64,000 bases of DNA, taken from Parcubacteria group bacterium. Its GTDB lineage: Bacteria > Patescibacteriota > Minisyncoccia > Phycocordibacterales > UBA2100. The position numbers and the translations under genes were made by a program. The notes under the pieces were generated by a model. The model was not told the origin of the DNA, did not search any database, and was given only the letters and a program-made list of their open reading frames with translations. The stretch covers positions 3,559 through 67,558 of the forward strand of contig CALRGX010000006.1 of NCBI GenBank assembly GCA_943358385.1, written 5' to 3'. Shown in pieces: positions 28,916 to 37,758 of this stretch. Every line of letters begins with the position of its first letter. Positions within the stretch are counted from its first letter, which is position 1.

Positions 28916-28988
28916 AGCGGTATACTAGCATGGTATGGCTGGCCTTTCGTGTGGGTGGCTTAGACCGTACTATGTGTGTAATAAAACC

Positions 28989-29510
28989 ATGGCTACGCCG
29001 TCTTATACAAAGGAAAAAGATGAATTTTTGGCCGCCCACGAGGAGTTTTCAGATACCATCTTCCGGTTCTGCTTTTTGAAGGTGTCGAACCGTGAACTTG
29101 CCGTAGACCTCATGCAAGACACATTTACCAAAACATGGGAATACATCGCAAAGGGTGGCAAGGTGGATCATTGGAAGGCTTTTCTCTTTCGCACAGCAAA
29201 CAACGCAATTATCGACTATTATCGGAAGAAGAAGGCGCTGTCACTGGACGCACTGACGGATGACACCGGGTTCGTGCCCATCTCCGAAGACATGGACGCT
29301 GAAGAAGCGGCCCAAGTGACCGAGGCCCATCGCGCCCTCAAGCACTTGCCGCCGGAGTTCAGAGAAGTGGTCTCTCTGCGCTTTATAGATGGATTACAAC
29401 CGAAGGAGATTGCCGAACTTTTAGGATTGAGTACGAACGTGGTTTCAGTGCGCATTCATCGTGGCGTTGAGCAATTGCGAACGTACATGATGAATAAAAA
29501 AACTGTATGA
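28989..29510 (+). CDS. RNA polymerase sigma-70 family, ECF-type sigma factor.
   Basis: It has region 2 (DLMQDTFTKTWEY...) and a region 4 HTH (EIAELLGLSTNVVSVRIHRG). Confidence 0.85.
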   Translation: MATPSYTKEKDEFLAAHEEFSDTIFRFCFLKVSNRELAVDLMQDTFTKTWEYIAKGGKVDHWKAFLFRTANNAIIDYYRKKKALSLDALTDDTGFVPISEDMDAEEAAQVTEAHRALKHLPPEFREVVSLRFIDGLQPKEIAELLGLSTNVVSVRIHRGVEQLRTYMMNKKTV

Positions 29511-30778
29511 AAAACGAATACGATTACACCGACATTGAAAGGAAACTACACGCATTGAAAGGTGTGTCTCTTTCTGCGCGAGAGAAATTACAGTCGAAGG
29601 AGCTTCTAGAGGAGTTCATGGCTTTCCGCCCTATCCATACCACGGTTCCGAAACTTTCCCGTTCCCCTCTTTTCTTTTTCCATCCCATGCCTATGGTTGC
29701 ACTCCTCCTTTTAGTGGTGATGACTACCTCCACTGCGGCAGCCGCTGAAGGAGCACTTCCTGGTGATTTGCTCTACCCCATCAAAGTCCATGTGACGGAA
29801 GAAGTTCGCGCGGTAATAGCGATCCAACCTACCGCCAAAGCATCGTGGGCAATTGAACGCGCGGAACGCCGATTGGACGAAGCGGCTCAATTGAGTACTG
29901 AAAACCGCCTCGACGATTCGAAAAGGGCCGAACTCGCCCTCGCCGTTGAGAACCATGTACAAGTTGCTGAAGCATTAGTTGAGCTCCCCGTTGCCGCAAT
30001 CGCACGTGAGACATCACACACTGAGGGAACAGCACCTTTCGTAGCCACTACTACCGAAGAAGTGCCGCCAACTCTTGCTGAGAGCATTGACGAAGGTGAC
30101 GTGGAAGAAGCGCAGGAGCGAGAACGAGTGTTCACTCGAATCGCCATTGCGCGTGAAGCAAAGAGTCGCATCATAGAACGTCACGTGGCTCTTGCCGAAA
30201 CGACCACTGAAACTCCAGAGCGTACCATTTCACGTCGCGAGTCAGAAAACTCAAATCGCTCACGCAACCGCCGCAGCAAAGTGAAAATTGACGCACCAAT
30301 CGCCGCGACACTCCCTATCGCAGCTGAACCAGCGCCACTTGAATTGGATGCAATGATGCTTGCGGTTGAGCAGGCTAGTGCCACGCCCGAAACCGCATCT
30401 CTGGCGATGAGTGCAGAGATTGCTACAAGCAGCGACACCTCTACGACAAGCGCCGCGTCCGATACACCCGATGTTGAAAACCATTTCTCTAGCCAAGGCC
30501 GCTTAATGGGACTGCAGGAAGGTGTGCTGCGACGCATCGAGAGCGCCGAACGATCGCTAACCAATGCTGAGGCAAGCTATGGCAAAGAGACGTTTGCTGA
30601 TGTGCGTTCACAACTGGAAAAAGTAAAGGAGCTGGCCATTGCCGGTGATCGCAATGCAGACGAGGTGCTCGAGGACGCGGAAGATGCACTTGAGAAACTA
30701 CTGGATGTACTGGAAAAAACACAAGGCAAGGTAGAGCTATTGCGTTTGGAGTTATCGCAAAAAGAAAACGACTACTGA
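29507..30778 (+). CDS. Putative anti-sigma / DUF5667-like single-pass membrane protein cotranscribed with the ECF sigma factor.
   Basis: Its start overlaps the sigma factor stop (ATGA). It has a TM (VALLLLVVMTTSTAAAA), then an LPGDLLYPIK motif and a long Ala/Glu-rich coiled region. Confidence 0.55.
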   Translation: MKNEYDYTDIERKLHALKGVSLSAREKLQSKELLEEFMAFRPIHTTVPKLSRSPLFFFHPMPMVALLLLVVMTTSTAAAAEGALPGDLLYPIKVHVTEEVRAVIAIQPTAKASWAIERAERRLDEAAQLSTENRLDDSKRAELALAVENHVQVAEALVELPVAAIARETSHTEGTAPFVATTTEEVPPTLAESIDEGDVEEAQERERVFTRIAIAREAKSRIIERHVALAETTTETPERTISRRESENSNRSRNRRSKVKIDAPIAATLPIAAEPAPLELDAMMLAVEQASATPETASLAMSAEIATSSDTSTTSAASDTPDVENHFSSQGRLMGLQEGVLRRIESAERSLTNAEASYGKETFADVRSQLEKVKELAIAGDRNADEVLEDAEDALEKLLDVLEKTQGKVELLRLELSQKENDY

Positions 30779-30796
30779 CGTGCAGTCTTGCAGCAC

Positions 30797-31873
30797 TTAC
30801 AATTCCCGCACAAATAGTTCGATGGGCGGTGTATTCACGATAACGAAATTAGTTCTACCGACGAGTGTCTTTCTCTCGGTCTCAACCGAGCAGCGCCACT
30901 CCCCGATGGTCGTACGGAAGGTCTGGGAATATCCACGATATCCAGCATCGCGGCCACCGTTAATGGGAAAGGAGAGGTACGTGACTGTCTGCCACGAACC
31001 GTCATCAAGGCGCTTTTCCCAGCGGTGGAATATGGGCGCAGAGAGGCCAGTAGGTGCAAAGACAGATGAAAAGCAGTACGCCGGCTTCCCTGCTTCCAAA
31101 TGAAATACCGTATTCGTGTCGTGCCACCACTCGTACCAAGGAGCTCGCTCGAAGGAAACCGCATAGTTGCCTTCGGGGGTTCTTTCTAAAGTGTGATAAA
31201 TACCGATGTGTGTGAGTGACAGCGGCACGGGCGGCAACATGTTCAAAAAGTACATGCCAGTAAATATCCCGTAGATTGCTGCGATGGAAGCGGTCATCCG
31301 CACCAGTCCTAGGCGGATATCACGCGGCGCAACGCGTCGGATAACTTCTACCAGCGTAAATGTGATAGTCAGCGCAGTGATGCCGCTTGCTAGAAAAACT
31401 ACATCGCCGAACTGCCCCCACAGGATCGGCGCCACCATGGCGACGTACGGCAAAAACAGAAGAAACCATGTGGCGATTTGCACGTGCGTACGTGTGTAGC
31501 GGTCGCGGAGGAATTCGTTTGCGATCAAAAACGCAATCAGTGCACCGATGAAAATCCCGCTTCCCACGAGGGTCCCGCTGCGACCATACAAAACCAAGAG
31601 TGCTGACGTGAGGTTACCGAACGAGAATTGCACAATTGTAATCAGTGGCAAGGGTCCTAAGAAGCCATCCTTACCGCGGATGGTCATCAACATAATGCAC
31701 GCAGCCGCTATAATGAAATACGCGGTAATTATGAAATTCGTGTACAACTGATCCGGCCTGTTTGCGGTCACCGTGTCGAAAAGAAAACCGAGAAAAAGAC
31801 CGAACGCGGCGAGCTTTCTCTCGTGGAGGAGCATCACATCGCGCCAGGCGCGCAGGCGTTCTTGCATGGGCAT
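30797..31873 (-). CDS. Polytopic membrane protein with a C-terminal beta-rich soluble domain (possibly DUF2914-like).
   Basis: It has about 8 TM segments and a C-terminal domain of about 110 aa (FHLEAGKPAYCFSSVFAPTG...WRCSVETERKTLVGRTNFVIV). The family assignment is from memory only. Confidence 0.5.
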   Translation of the reverse strand: MPMQERLRAWRDVMLLHERKLAAFGLFLGFLFDTVTANRPDQLYTNFIITAYFIIAAACIMLMTIRGKDGFLGPLPLITIVQFSFGNLTSALLVLYGRSGTLVGSGIFIGALIAFLIANEFLRDRYTRTHVQIATWFLLFLPYVAMVAPILWGQFGDVVFLASGITALTITFTLVEVIRRVAPRDIRLGLVRMTASIAAIYGIFTGMYFLNMLPPVPLSLTHIGIYHTLERTPEGNYAVSFERAPWYEWWHDTNTVFHLEAGKPAYCFSSVFAPTGLSAPIFHRWEKRLDDGSWQTVTYLSFPINGGRDAGYRGYSQTFRTTIGEWRCSVETERKTLVGRTNFVIVNTPPIELFVREL

Positions 31874-32081
31874 AGTATACCCGCACACCTTCACATCCAA
31901 AACAAACACTCACTGTGCGCGGATACTGAGAGACGCCAACGCTCGATGACCCGCAGAGGGAGAAGGTGTGCGGGTGTATCTGACACCACTTCACAAGCAA
32001 AATTCGCATTCAGTACAGGCCTCTTGCTTCGCCACAAAAAACACGCCCTGAGGCGCGTTTTTTGTGGTCGCACGAACCCTC

Positions 32082-32300
32082 TTACATTGTTGCTGGGGTT
32101 ACACATTCCTTACAGTCTTTCTTGTGCGTTACAGCCAAGTAAACTCCAGCGAGACCTATCAAAATATATATGATTCGCGAAAGCATTGCCGCGGGGCCAC
32201 CCAACAGCATGCCCACGTCCCACTGAAACGCTCCAACCATGAGCCAGTTAATTGCCCCCACCGTAACCAGAACGAAGGCGACCATGTGAATCAACTTCAT
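32082..32300 (-). CDS. DUF378-family small membrane protein.
   Basis: The N-terminal VAFVLVTVGAINWLMVGAF is characteristic of DUF378. Confidence 0.65.
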   Translation of the reverse strand: MKLIHMVAFVLVTVGAINWLMVGAFQWDVGMLLGGPAAMLSRIIYILIGLAGVYLAVTHKKDCKECVTPATM

Positions 32301-32393
32301 ATGAGTGTCTTAAGATGATGTAGCTCTAAGCATCGACCAGTACTATCAAGCATACCGCTTGCTGGTGGTATGCAATAAACCCATGTGCACAAG

Positions 32394-33023
32394 CTAACCT
32401 AAGTGTGCGTGGTCATTCCATACCCACACCCACCACGTACCTTGCTTTTCGTCATAGACAAACACCGATAGACCCGTATTCTCCATATGATAGGTGCGTG
32501 AAAATTGTTTGAATTCTTTGCCGGAAAGCGCTGGGCCGAAAGTGACGTATGCCAGAAGCATCCGCATGAAAAAACCATGTGTGATAACGCCAATGTGCTC
32601 TTCAGGTCGTGCCGCCAGATATGCCAGGGCCTCACCCGCGCGTTCCTTAATCATTTCAAAATTTTCACCATCTTCCACTTGCCGCCCACTTTCTGTAAGA
32701 GACCTGAGCCACGCTGCATCGCGCCCTTGTACCTCAGGGTCATCATGTCGTTTCCCCACAAGTCCTGTAGGGCGGATGCGTTCAGTAAACAACTGTGATG
32801 ACTCTTTGGGGAGACCGGTGGTGCGCACAATAATGTCGCCCGTTTCTTGTGCACGAGCCATGGTACTCGCTACGAGCACTTGGAGCGGCAGGTGCTTGCA
32901 GCGCTCGGCAACAATTTTTGCCTGCATCACACCACGCGGTGTGAGAGGTGATTCTGCCCCCTGAAAATGACCATTCACATTTCCTTCACTCTCACCGTGA
33001 CGTACAAAATAAATACGCTTCAT
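32394..33023 (-). CDS. Histidine phosphatase family protein (phosphoglycerate mutase-like).
   Basis: It has the RHGE catalytic motif (MKRIYFVRHGESEGN) and downstream His. The start is trimmed to MKRIY (cat at 33021..33023). Confidence 0.85.
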   Translation of the reverse strand: MKRIYFVRHGESEGNVNGHFQGAESPLTPRGVMQAKIVAERCKHLPLQVLVASTMARAQETGDIIVRTTGLPKESSQLFTERIRPTGLVGKRHDDPEVQGRDAAWLRSLTESGRQVEDGENFEMIKERAGEALAYLAARPEEHIGVITHGFFMRMLLAYVTFGPALSGKEFKQFSRTYHMENTGLSVFVYDEKQGTWWVWVWNDHAHLG

Positions 33024-33093
33024 ATGTTTACTATACCGTATGCTAGGCAAAGCGGACCATGAAAGCATTTTCAAAGAGGAGTAGGAGGAAGGA

Positions 33094-33282
33094 CAGTACA
33101 AAACGAAACACCCCTCACTGAAAGGGGTGTCTGTCTGCAAGTCGCGTCGACTTGCCTGAAGGAGCAGTCAACATCAGTGTAGTTGACTATGGCTCCAGCA
33201 GGCTTTAGTCGTCGGATCAGAAGATCGTTCGACTACGCGCGATTGCAGGTTGGGGTGTTTGTCGCAAGGACATCACTCAACT
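33094..33282 (-). ncRNA. Candidate orphan small RNA (about 190 nt) of unidentified class.
   Basis: A TTGACA-17-TATACT promoter on the minus strand would start transcription near 33281. An intrinsic terminator on the same strand lies at 33094..33130 (stem ACACCCCU/AGGGGUGU followed by UUUCGUUUUGU). Internal hairpins are present (for example 33137..33155). No ORF is present. Confidence 0.4.
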
Positions 33283-33288
33283 GTTAGT

Positions 33289-33317
33289 AGTATAATCTAT
33301 ATTGACAGTTTTGTCAA
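33289..33317 (-). promoter_or_regulatory. Near-consensus sigma70-type promoter (TTGACA, 17-nt spacer, TATACT) reading toward lower coordinates.
   Basis: The plus strand shows AGTATA at 33289..33294 and TGTCAA at 33312..33317, which read TATACT and TTGACA on the minus strand with a 17-nt spacer. Confidence 0.5.
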
Positions 33318-33369
33318 GCATTCATAGTGCCGTGCTACCCTTCCATCAAAAAGCCTTCATGTAAGCCAT

Positions 33370-34011
33370 TTATAAGTCGACGCTATCCCCTTCCTTGAGC
33401 GGAATAAATTCGATGCCGTGCTGAGGCAGCACCACCCCTGGCACACGGTGCGCCGAGCCGATAAATTCATTTTTTATAAGTGCGTCGTGTACAGGAAATG
33501 CTTTTTTCGGCTTTACAGCGATGCAATAGCGAATCGCATCAGGCAATTTGCACCATGGGCCTGCCACAGGAAGCGCGAGTATGTCGATTGCCCTGCCTGG
33601 ATTTCCAAAGGAATCCCCTGGATAAAAAAGATGGTTGCCAATGAAATATCCCGTGTTTTGCACTTGCCCAATATCTTCAAAAATTTCTTCGTGCTTGCAG
33701 TCGAATGCTTCCAAGTGCACTCCAGCTACCTCCGCTGCTGCCGTACCCTCCAGGACCGTGCAGGCGATACTTTCCGCAGCAAGCAGTGCGGCAACTGAGC
33801 TATTCCCAACTACAACTGCCAGTGGATTGCACGTTAAAATCTGTTTCAGTGCCGGCACGTGCACATGATCGGCATGCTCGTGCGTTATCAAAACGACATC
33901 GATTCCTGTTTCTGCTTCCATACCCGAGGAAAAACTGCCAGGGTCAGTCATTATTTTCGTTCCCCGTTCTTCAATGACCAAACAGCAGTGACCGAGTTTT
34001 TTGATGTTCAT
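33370..34011 (-). CDS. MBL-fold metallo-hydrolase.
   Basis: It has the HxHxDH motif (ITHEHADHV) and downstream His/Asp. The start is at MNIKKLGH (cat at 34009..34011). Confidence 0.8.
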   Translation of the reverse strand: MNIKKLGHCCLVIEERGTKIMTDPGSFSSGMEAETGIDVVLITHEHADHVHVPALKQILTCNPLAVVVGNSSVAALLAAESIACTVLEGTAAAEVAGVHLEAFDCKHEEIFEDIGQVQNTGYFIGNHLFYPGDSFGNPGRAIDILALPVAGPWCKLPDAIRYCIAVKPKKAFPVHDALIKNEFIGSAHRVPGVVLPQHGIEFIPLKEGDSVDL

Positions 34012-34088
34012 GTGGCAAGTATATCGCACGTACGCAAAATGAAACTTCTGTGGTATGACTAGGCGAGTTGCAACCAGGAGGTTAACAC

Positions 34089-34511
34089 ATGACCAGTTCA
34101 AACCTACCGCTCGCAGAGGAAGCATTCGTAACAACGTTTGCAACAGTGCTCACGCTGAACCTGCTCGGCCAAATGATGCTGTATATATTTCCGGCGTCAC
34201 TGCCGGAAATTGGGCCGTACCGTCAGATCATCAATGTTGCCTGCATGACGTTCGTGCTCGGTGGAAGCGCTTTGATTGCCGCCTTGGCAGTACTAATCGC
34301 CATCCGAACACGTGACAAGCGAGTCGACATGCTGCTGCAATTTGGCGGATTCATGTTCGTGATGAGCATGTATTCACTCTGGGCATTCGCCGAGTTCGAA
34401 CCTATGAATACCGTCAGCAAGGCGGGTGCCCTTCTTGCCGGTCTGTCGCTTGGGTTAGGCATTGCGGCCGCTGTACGCGGAGTTCAGAGAAAGAACGTGA
34501 AGACTGGGTAA
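34089..34511 (+). CDS. Hypothetical membrane protein (4 TM).
   Basis: The RBS is caggagg 8 nt upstream and the product is hydrophobic. Confidence 0.5.
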   Translation: MTSSNLPLAEEAFVTTFATVLTLNLLGQMMLYIFPASLPEIGPYRQIINVACMTFVLGGSALIAALAVLIAIRTRDKRVDMLLQFGGFMFVMSMYSLWAFAEFEPMNTVSKAGALLAGLSLGLGIAAAVRGVQRKNVKTG

Positions 34512-34551
34512 TGTGCCTTCGGTGCCGGTAGCCTTTGGCTACCGGCATTTC

Positions 34552-35076
34552 TTATGCTCGCTTCCTTTTCGGCAGTGCCGTCAGCAACAGATCGCTATAC
34601 GAACTTTTAATATAATTCTTTTTATGTAGCTCAAAGCAAACCACGAGCTGATCCATAAGCTGTTTTGCTTGCACGTCGCTCCTATCAACCACTACTTCGA
34701 TTTCCAAGAACGTTCCCAAACCCTCCACATCGTCCAGATGGATGCGAGCGTTTTTATACAACCACAGTTCGCGGCGCTTGTGGACTTCTACCAGCATGCC
34801 CAACGTGCTCCCCATAAAGGCTCGAAATTCTGCAGGATTGTCGACGGGTAGTGTGTGGTAGGTACTGAAACGCTGCGCCGTTTTCTCGCCACGCTCATAA
34901 AATATGGCGTAGGCACCATTCTTGCCCTCATCACGCAACTTAAATCGCCCTTTCGGCACGCGAAAGTACGAATCGCTTTGGATCAGAAGTTCTTTTTTAG
35001 TGGCACCGAGCATCTTGAGTGCCATGCGTACCGCTGCAAGCTCTATGTTGCGCGCTTTAATCTCTAAGTTTCGCAT
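34552..35076 (-). CDS. CYTH-domain protein (class IV adenylate cyclase / thiamine-triphosphatase-like).
   Basis: An N-terminal EIKAR...(E-x-E-x-K) motif, an LRLRDEG-like segment and a C-terminal EIEVVV motif are arranged in CYTH order. Confidence 0.65.
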   Translation of the reverse strand: MRNLEIKARNIELAAVRMALKMLGATKKELLIQSDSYFRVPKGRFKLRDEGKNGAYAIFYERGEKTAQRFSTYHTLPVDNPAEFRAFMGSTLGMLVEVHKRRELWLYKNARIHLDDVEGLGTFLEIEVVVDRSDVQAKQLMDQLVVCFELHKKNYIKSSYSDLLLTALPKRKRA

Positions 35077-35078
35077 AC

Positions 35079-35363
35079 CTAGTCATCTTTTTCGTCGTCA
35101 TCGTCACCTTCCTTTTTTTCCACCATTTTTACCTGAATGGGGCTTTTCACATTAGGTGACCACTCGGTATTCAACACGCCAAATTGCTTCTCGTACTGTG
35201 CTACTTGGTGTGCCAAATGCTGTGAAATGCGCTTGGCATGCGCGGGTGTCACCGCGTACGCCTCTTCCTCCTCACCATTTTTAAGTGCGATCACAAAAAT
35301 CTCTTGTCCAAAACCTGCGAGTAAGTTTTCGCAGAACTTTTTGGGAAGGTTATTTAGGTCCAT
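35079..35363 (-). CDS. DUF3467-like small acidic protein.
   Basis: The segment VTPAHAKRISQHLAHQVAQYEKQFG resembles the conserved core of DUF3467 (LTPQHAKRLxxALxxNIxxFE). It has an acidic C-terminal tail. Confidence 0.55.
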   Translation of the reverse strand: MDLNNLPKKFCENLLAGFGQEIFVIALKNGEEEEAYAVTPAHAKRISQHLAHQVAQYEKQFGVLNTEWSPNVKSPIQVKMVEKKEGDDDDEKDD

Positions 35364-35447
35364 TTGTTCATTGTGCGCCGCCCACGGAGATGTGCAAGTT
35401 TACAACCGTCGCTCAATCCGCTATCCTGCTGGCCGCTACCCCGATAG

Positions 35448-35678
35448 ATGAAAGGCTCTTTCATGTGCACTGCACCCACCGTACTTACCGGCTATCGCAT
35501 TTGGGCCGATGAGGCCCGCCTCATCCGAGTGGACTTCTGGGTCTACAAAGAGGGCAAACAAGTGCGCCGTGTGCACAGTGGCCCCTTTACCGGCTGGCCC
35601 GCTGCCGAGCGCCGTGCTCAGCGTTTCAAAAGCCAGGTTCCGGTCCTCCTGCAACTGGAAGTACATGCTGGCCTCTAA
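35448..35678 (+). CDS. Hypothetical small protein.
   Basis: ORF only. Confidence 0.3.
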   Translation: MKGSFMCTAPTVLTGYRIWADEARLIRVDFWVYKEGKQVRRVHSGPFTGWPAAERRAQRFKSQVPVLLQLEVHAGL

Positions 35679-35735
35679 CCCACCAACGCCGCCCTCTACG
35701 AGTGCGGCGTTCTGTTGGCGCTATATACTTCTTGC

Positions 35736-36440
35736 ATGTCTGAAGGCGCGCCCAAAAATAAGAAGACACCGCTTGAAACTCCTTCGCGGCGAGACCTACT
35801 CAAAGCAGCACTGGCAGTGGCACTTGCCCCAGCCGCACTATCATGGGATGCCTTGCAATCAACGGCACACGCACTCAATGTTCCTCGCGGGACGCCACTC
35901 CTCCAAACACTCGAGGCACTGTTCAAAGCAACCGAATCAGAAAAATTTGAGTCACTTGCGTACGCCCTCCATCACCCAGTGCATTTTCCGAATGGATCTT
36001 CCGTTGACGTGAGTAAATCGATTGCTCAACGAAGTATATGGGGCATTTCAGGAAAAGGTATTCAACTCTTTTTCAATGTTTTATACGGTGTGCAAGGCCA
36101 TGACCTGTTGCATGCCAAAGGGATTACCATCTTCAGTGCGCACACGCATACCAAGGCAGGGCATCTGGCCCTCTTTCCGAAGGACGTACTGCAACGTATT
36201 GCTGCCACTGGGCGCGCGTACGTTGGCCTACCGTCTACTACCGATTTTAAAAGTACTGCCATAAATGGTTTGCAAAGTGCGCAGCGCGTACTGGCACATC
36301 ACGACCCAACCTTTGCTGGGATGCCAGCAATCAATGCACTGGACCTGGTGGTAACTAATGTGGGTGTGTACATCACACGTGCACTCCCTGAGCATCCATC
36401 ATCTGCAATGGATCTAGAAAAGATGTGCCGCCCACTCTAG
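35736..36440 (+). CDS. Hypothetical Tat-signal secreted protein. The downstream ORF 36425..36637 in another frame may be its frameshifted continuation.
   Basis: It has a twin-arginine-like motif (SRRDLLKAALAVALAPAALS). The start is chosen at MSEGAPK. Confidence 0.5.
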   Translation: MSEGAPKNKKTPLETPSRRDLLKAALAVALAPAALSWDALQSTAHALNVPRGTPLLQTLEALFKATESEKFESLAYALHHPVHFPNGSSVDVSKSIAQRSIWGISGKGIQLFFNVLYGVQGHDLLHAKGITIFSAHTHTKAGHLALFPKDVLQRIAATGRAYVGLPSTTDFKSTAINGLQSAQRVLAHHDPTFAGMPAINALDLVVTNVGVYITRALPEHPSSAMDLEKMCRPL

Positions 36441-36635
36441 AAAAAGCTTGGGCAGTGCAGAATGTGGCGTGGATTTCATTTGTTAATACTTCACTGGGGC
36501 AAGGCGCTACGTGGGACAGCATCCTCGCGTCGCCAGAATACGCGGCATTGCAACGTTTCGTTCTGGAACAGTTCGGCGTCAGCTTGAGTTTCGTGCCGCG
36601 CAGTGAGGTAAGCGTTGCGAATATGTTGCATAAGT

Positions 36636-36660
36636 AAAGGCGCCACAATGTGACGCCTTT
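36636..36660 (+). terminator. Imperfect terminator hairpin (AAAGGCGCCACA a TGTGACGCCTTT) followed by a GT-rich tract.
   Basis: The inverted repeat lies right after the stop at 36637. Confidence 0.4.
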
Positions 36661-36694
36661 GTGTGTGGTGTGTCTCAGCCCATAAAGCCCTAGT

Positions 36695-37123
36695 TCATCC
36701 GAGCTCTTGCACCACCTCATAGTGCTGCAGGTCTGAAAAGTGAAGCGCCAGGATGGGCCCAAGCACATTTCGAGACCGCGAGCTTTCCGTCTCTCGCACC
36801 AAGTACTCAGCGAGCGTGTCCAGACTGCATGGCTGCGTCTCGGTTTTCACCTCGACGACCCTGAAGTACTTGCCAGCGCGACTCTTGAGGACATCGCCGA
36901 TGGAGACGTTCGTATAGGCTCCGTAGCCATGGTGAACGAACTCCGGCAAGTCTTCGGGATAGAGCGGCTCACCAGTATCGTACAGACGATCCTTGCCAAT
37001 GCGCGCAGTCGTAGCAATCCGCCCATGTGCGGGCAGATCCTTTCCCACGGCGGTCACCACGTAGAGGACGCCGCGATTTGTCGCCAAGAGATTCGGTCGC
37101 AGGTCATTCAGGCTCAGTGGCAT
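36695..37123 (-). CDS. Hypothetical protein.
   Basis: ORF. The start is trimmed to MPLSLND. Confidence 0.4.
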   Translation of the reverse strand: MPLSLNDLRPNLLATNRGVLYVVTAVGKDLPAHGRIATTARIGKDRLYDTGEPLYPEDLPEFVHHGYGAYTNVSIGDVLKSRAGKYFRVVEVKTETQPCSLDTLAEYLVRETESSRSRNVLGPILALHFSDLQHYEVVQELG

Positions 37124-37202
37124 CAAGAACACTCCTGTTTTGTTCAGCCAGCGGGTATTTTGCGCTCCCAAAGCAATTTGTCAACCTTACTCGTATCTAA
37201 TT

Positions 37203-37314
37203 TTATAAAGGACCGACCTTTATACAAACGAACACCGTAGCGAGCCTGTCCATTTCAAGGGCAGGCTCACCTTATTACAAACATCGTCCGAAAATATAAA
37301 GGTCGGTCCTTTAT
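37203..37314. repeat. MITE-like inverted pair. Two copies of a 21-bp palindromic motif TATAAAGG-N5-CCTTTATA lie in opposite orientation at 37203..37223 and 37294..37314, flanking an internal 7-bp-stem hairpin at 37241..37267.
   Basis: Copy 1 is TATAAAGGACCGACCTTTATA. Copy 2 is TATAAAGGTCGGTCCTTTATA, its exact reverse complement. GAGCCTG...CAGGCTC lies between them. Confidence 0.55.
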
Positions 37315-37398
37315 AATTCTAGGGACTGACTGCAATTGACCTAACGCAGTACAGGGCGTAGGGTGCACCTAGTTTTCCTCCAACAAAGGATCTGCACT

Positions 37399-37683
37399 AT
37401 GCCTTGGATGAAGGTTACAATCACTGTTTTGGGTGCCGTTGCCCTCTCTCTCAGCCACTGCTTCGCGCAAGGGCAACCAGCGGCACCACCCCCAACGCTG
37501 CCTGCGCAGCAATGTGTTGTGATTTCACTTGACCAGATTCCACCCGAGAAGCGTCGCGAATACGAGATGCTTGCCGAGATTGGCAAAGCTCTCGGTCGAC
37601 CCATGGTGTGCACGGAATGCACCCAAAGCGGCGCCAAAATCATCACCTGCAACATGGGATGCCGCCCAGGTATCCAGTGCTGA
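37399..37683 (+). CDS. Small secreted cysteine-rich protein (about 94 aa precursor, signal peptide, 6 Cys in the C-terminal 45 residues).
   Basis: The sequence MPWMKVTITVLGAVALSLSHCFAQG shows an h-region and AXA-like cleavage context. The mature part is ...QQCVVISLDQIPPEKRREYEMLAEIGKALGRPMVCTECTQSGAKIITCNMGCRPGIQC. A TTGACC-17-TAGGGT promoter-like pair lies upstream at about 37335..37363 and an intrinsic terminator lies downstream. Confidence 0.5.
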   Translation: MPWMKVTITVLGAVALSLSHCFAQGQPAAPPPTLPAQQCVVISLDQIPPEKRREYEMLAEIGKALGRPMVCTECTQSGAKIITCNMGCRPGIQC

Positions 37684-37699
37684 CCATCACTTGGTCGTG

Positions 37700-37731
37700 C
37701 CCCGTCTTCCACAGGAGGACGGGGTTTCTCT
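37700..37731 (+). terminator. Rho-independent terminator (CCCCGTCTTCC aca GGAGGACGGGG followed by TTTCTCT).
   Basis: A stem with one mismatch and a U-tail lies 17 nt after the stop of the Cys-rich peptide gene. Confidence 0.6.
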
Positions 37732-37737
37732 ATAAAA

Positions 37738-37758
37738 TATAAAGGACCGACCTTTATA
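37738..37758. repeat. Third copy of the 21-bp palindromic motif TATAAAGGACCGACCTTTATA.
   Basis: It is identical to copy 1 at 37203..37223. It lies immediately after the terminator. Confidence 0.6.

Noticed and set aside
36425-36637. 70-aa ORF overlapping the 3' end of 35736..36440 in another frame
   Set aside because: It is probably either a frameshifted continuation of the Tat-secreted protein or non-coding. It is not called as a separate gene. It would need read-level checking for a sequencing frameshift near 36425..36440.
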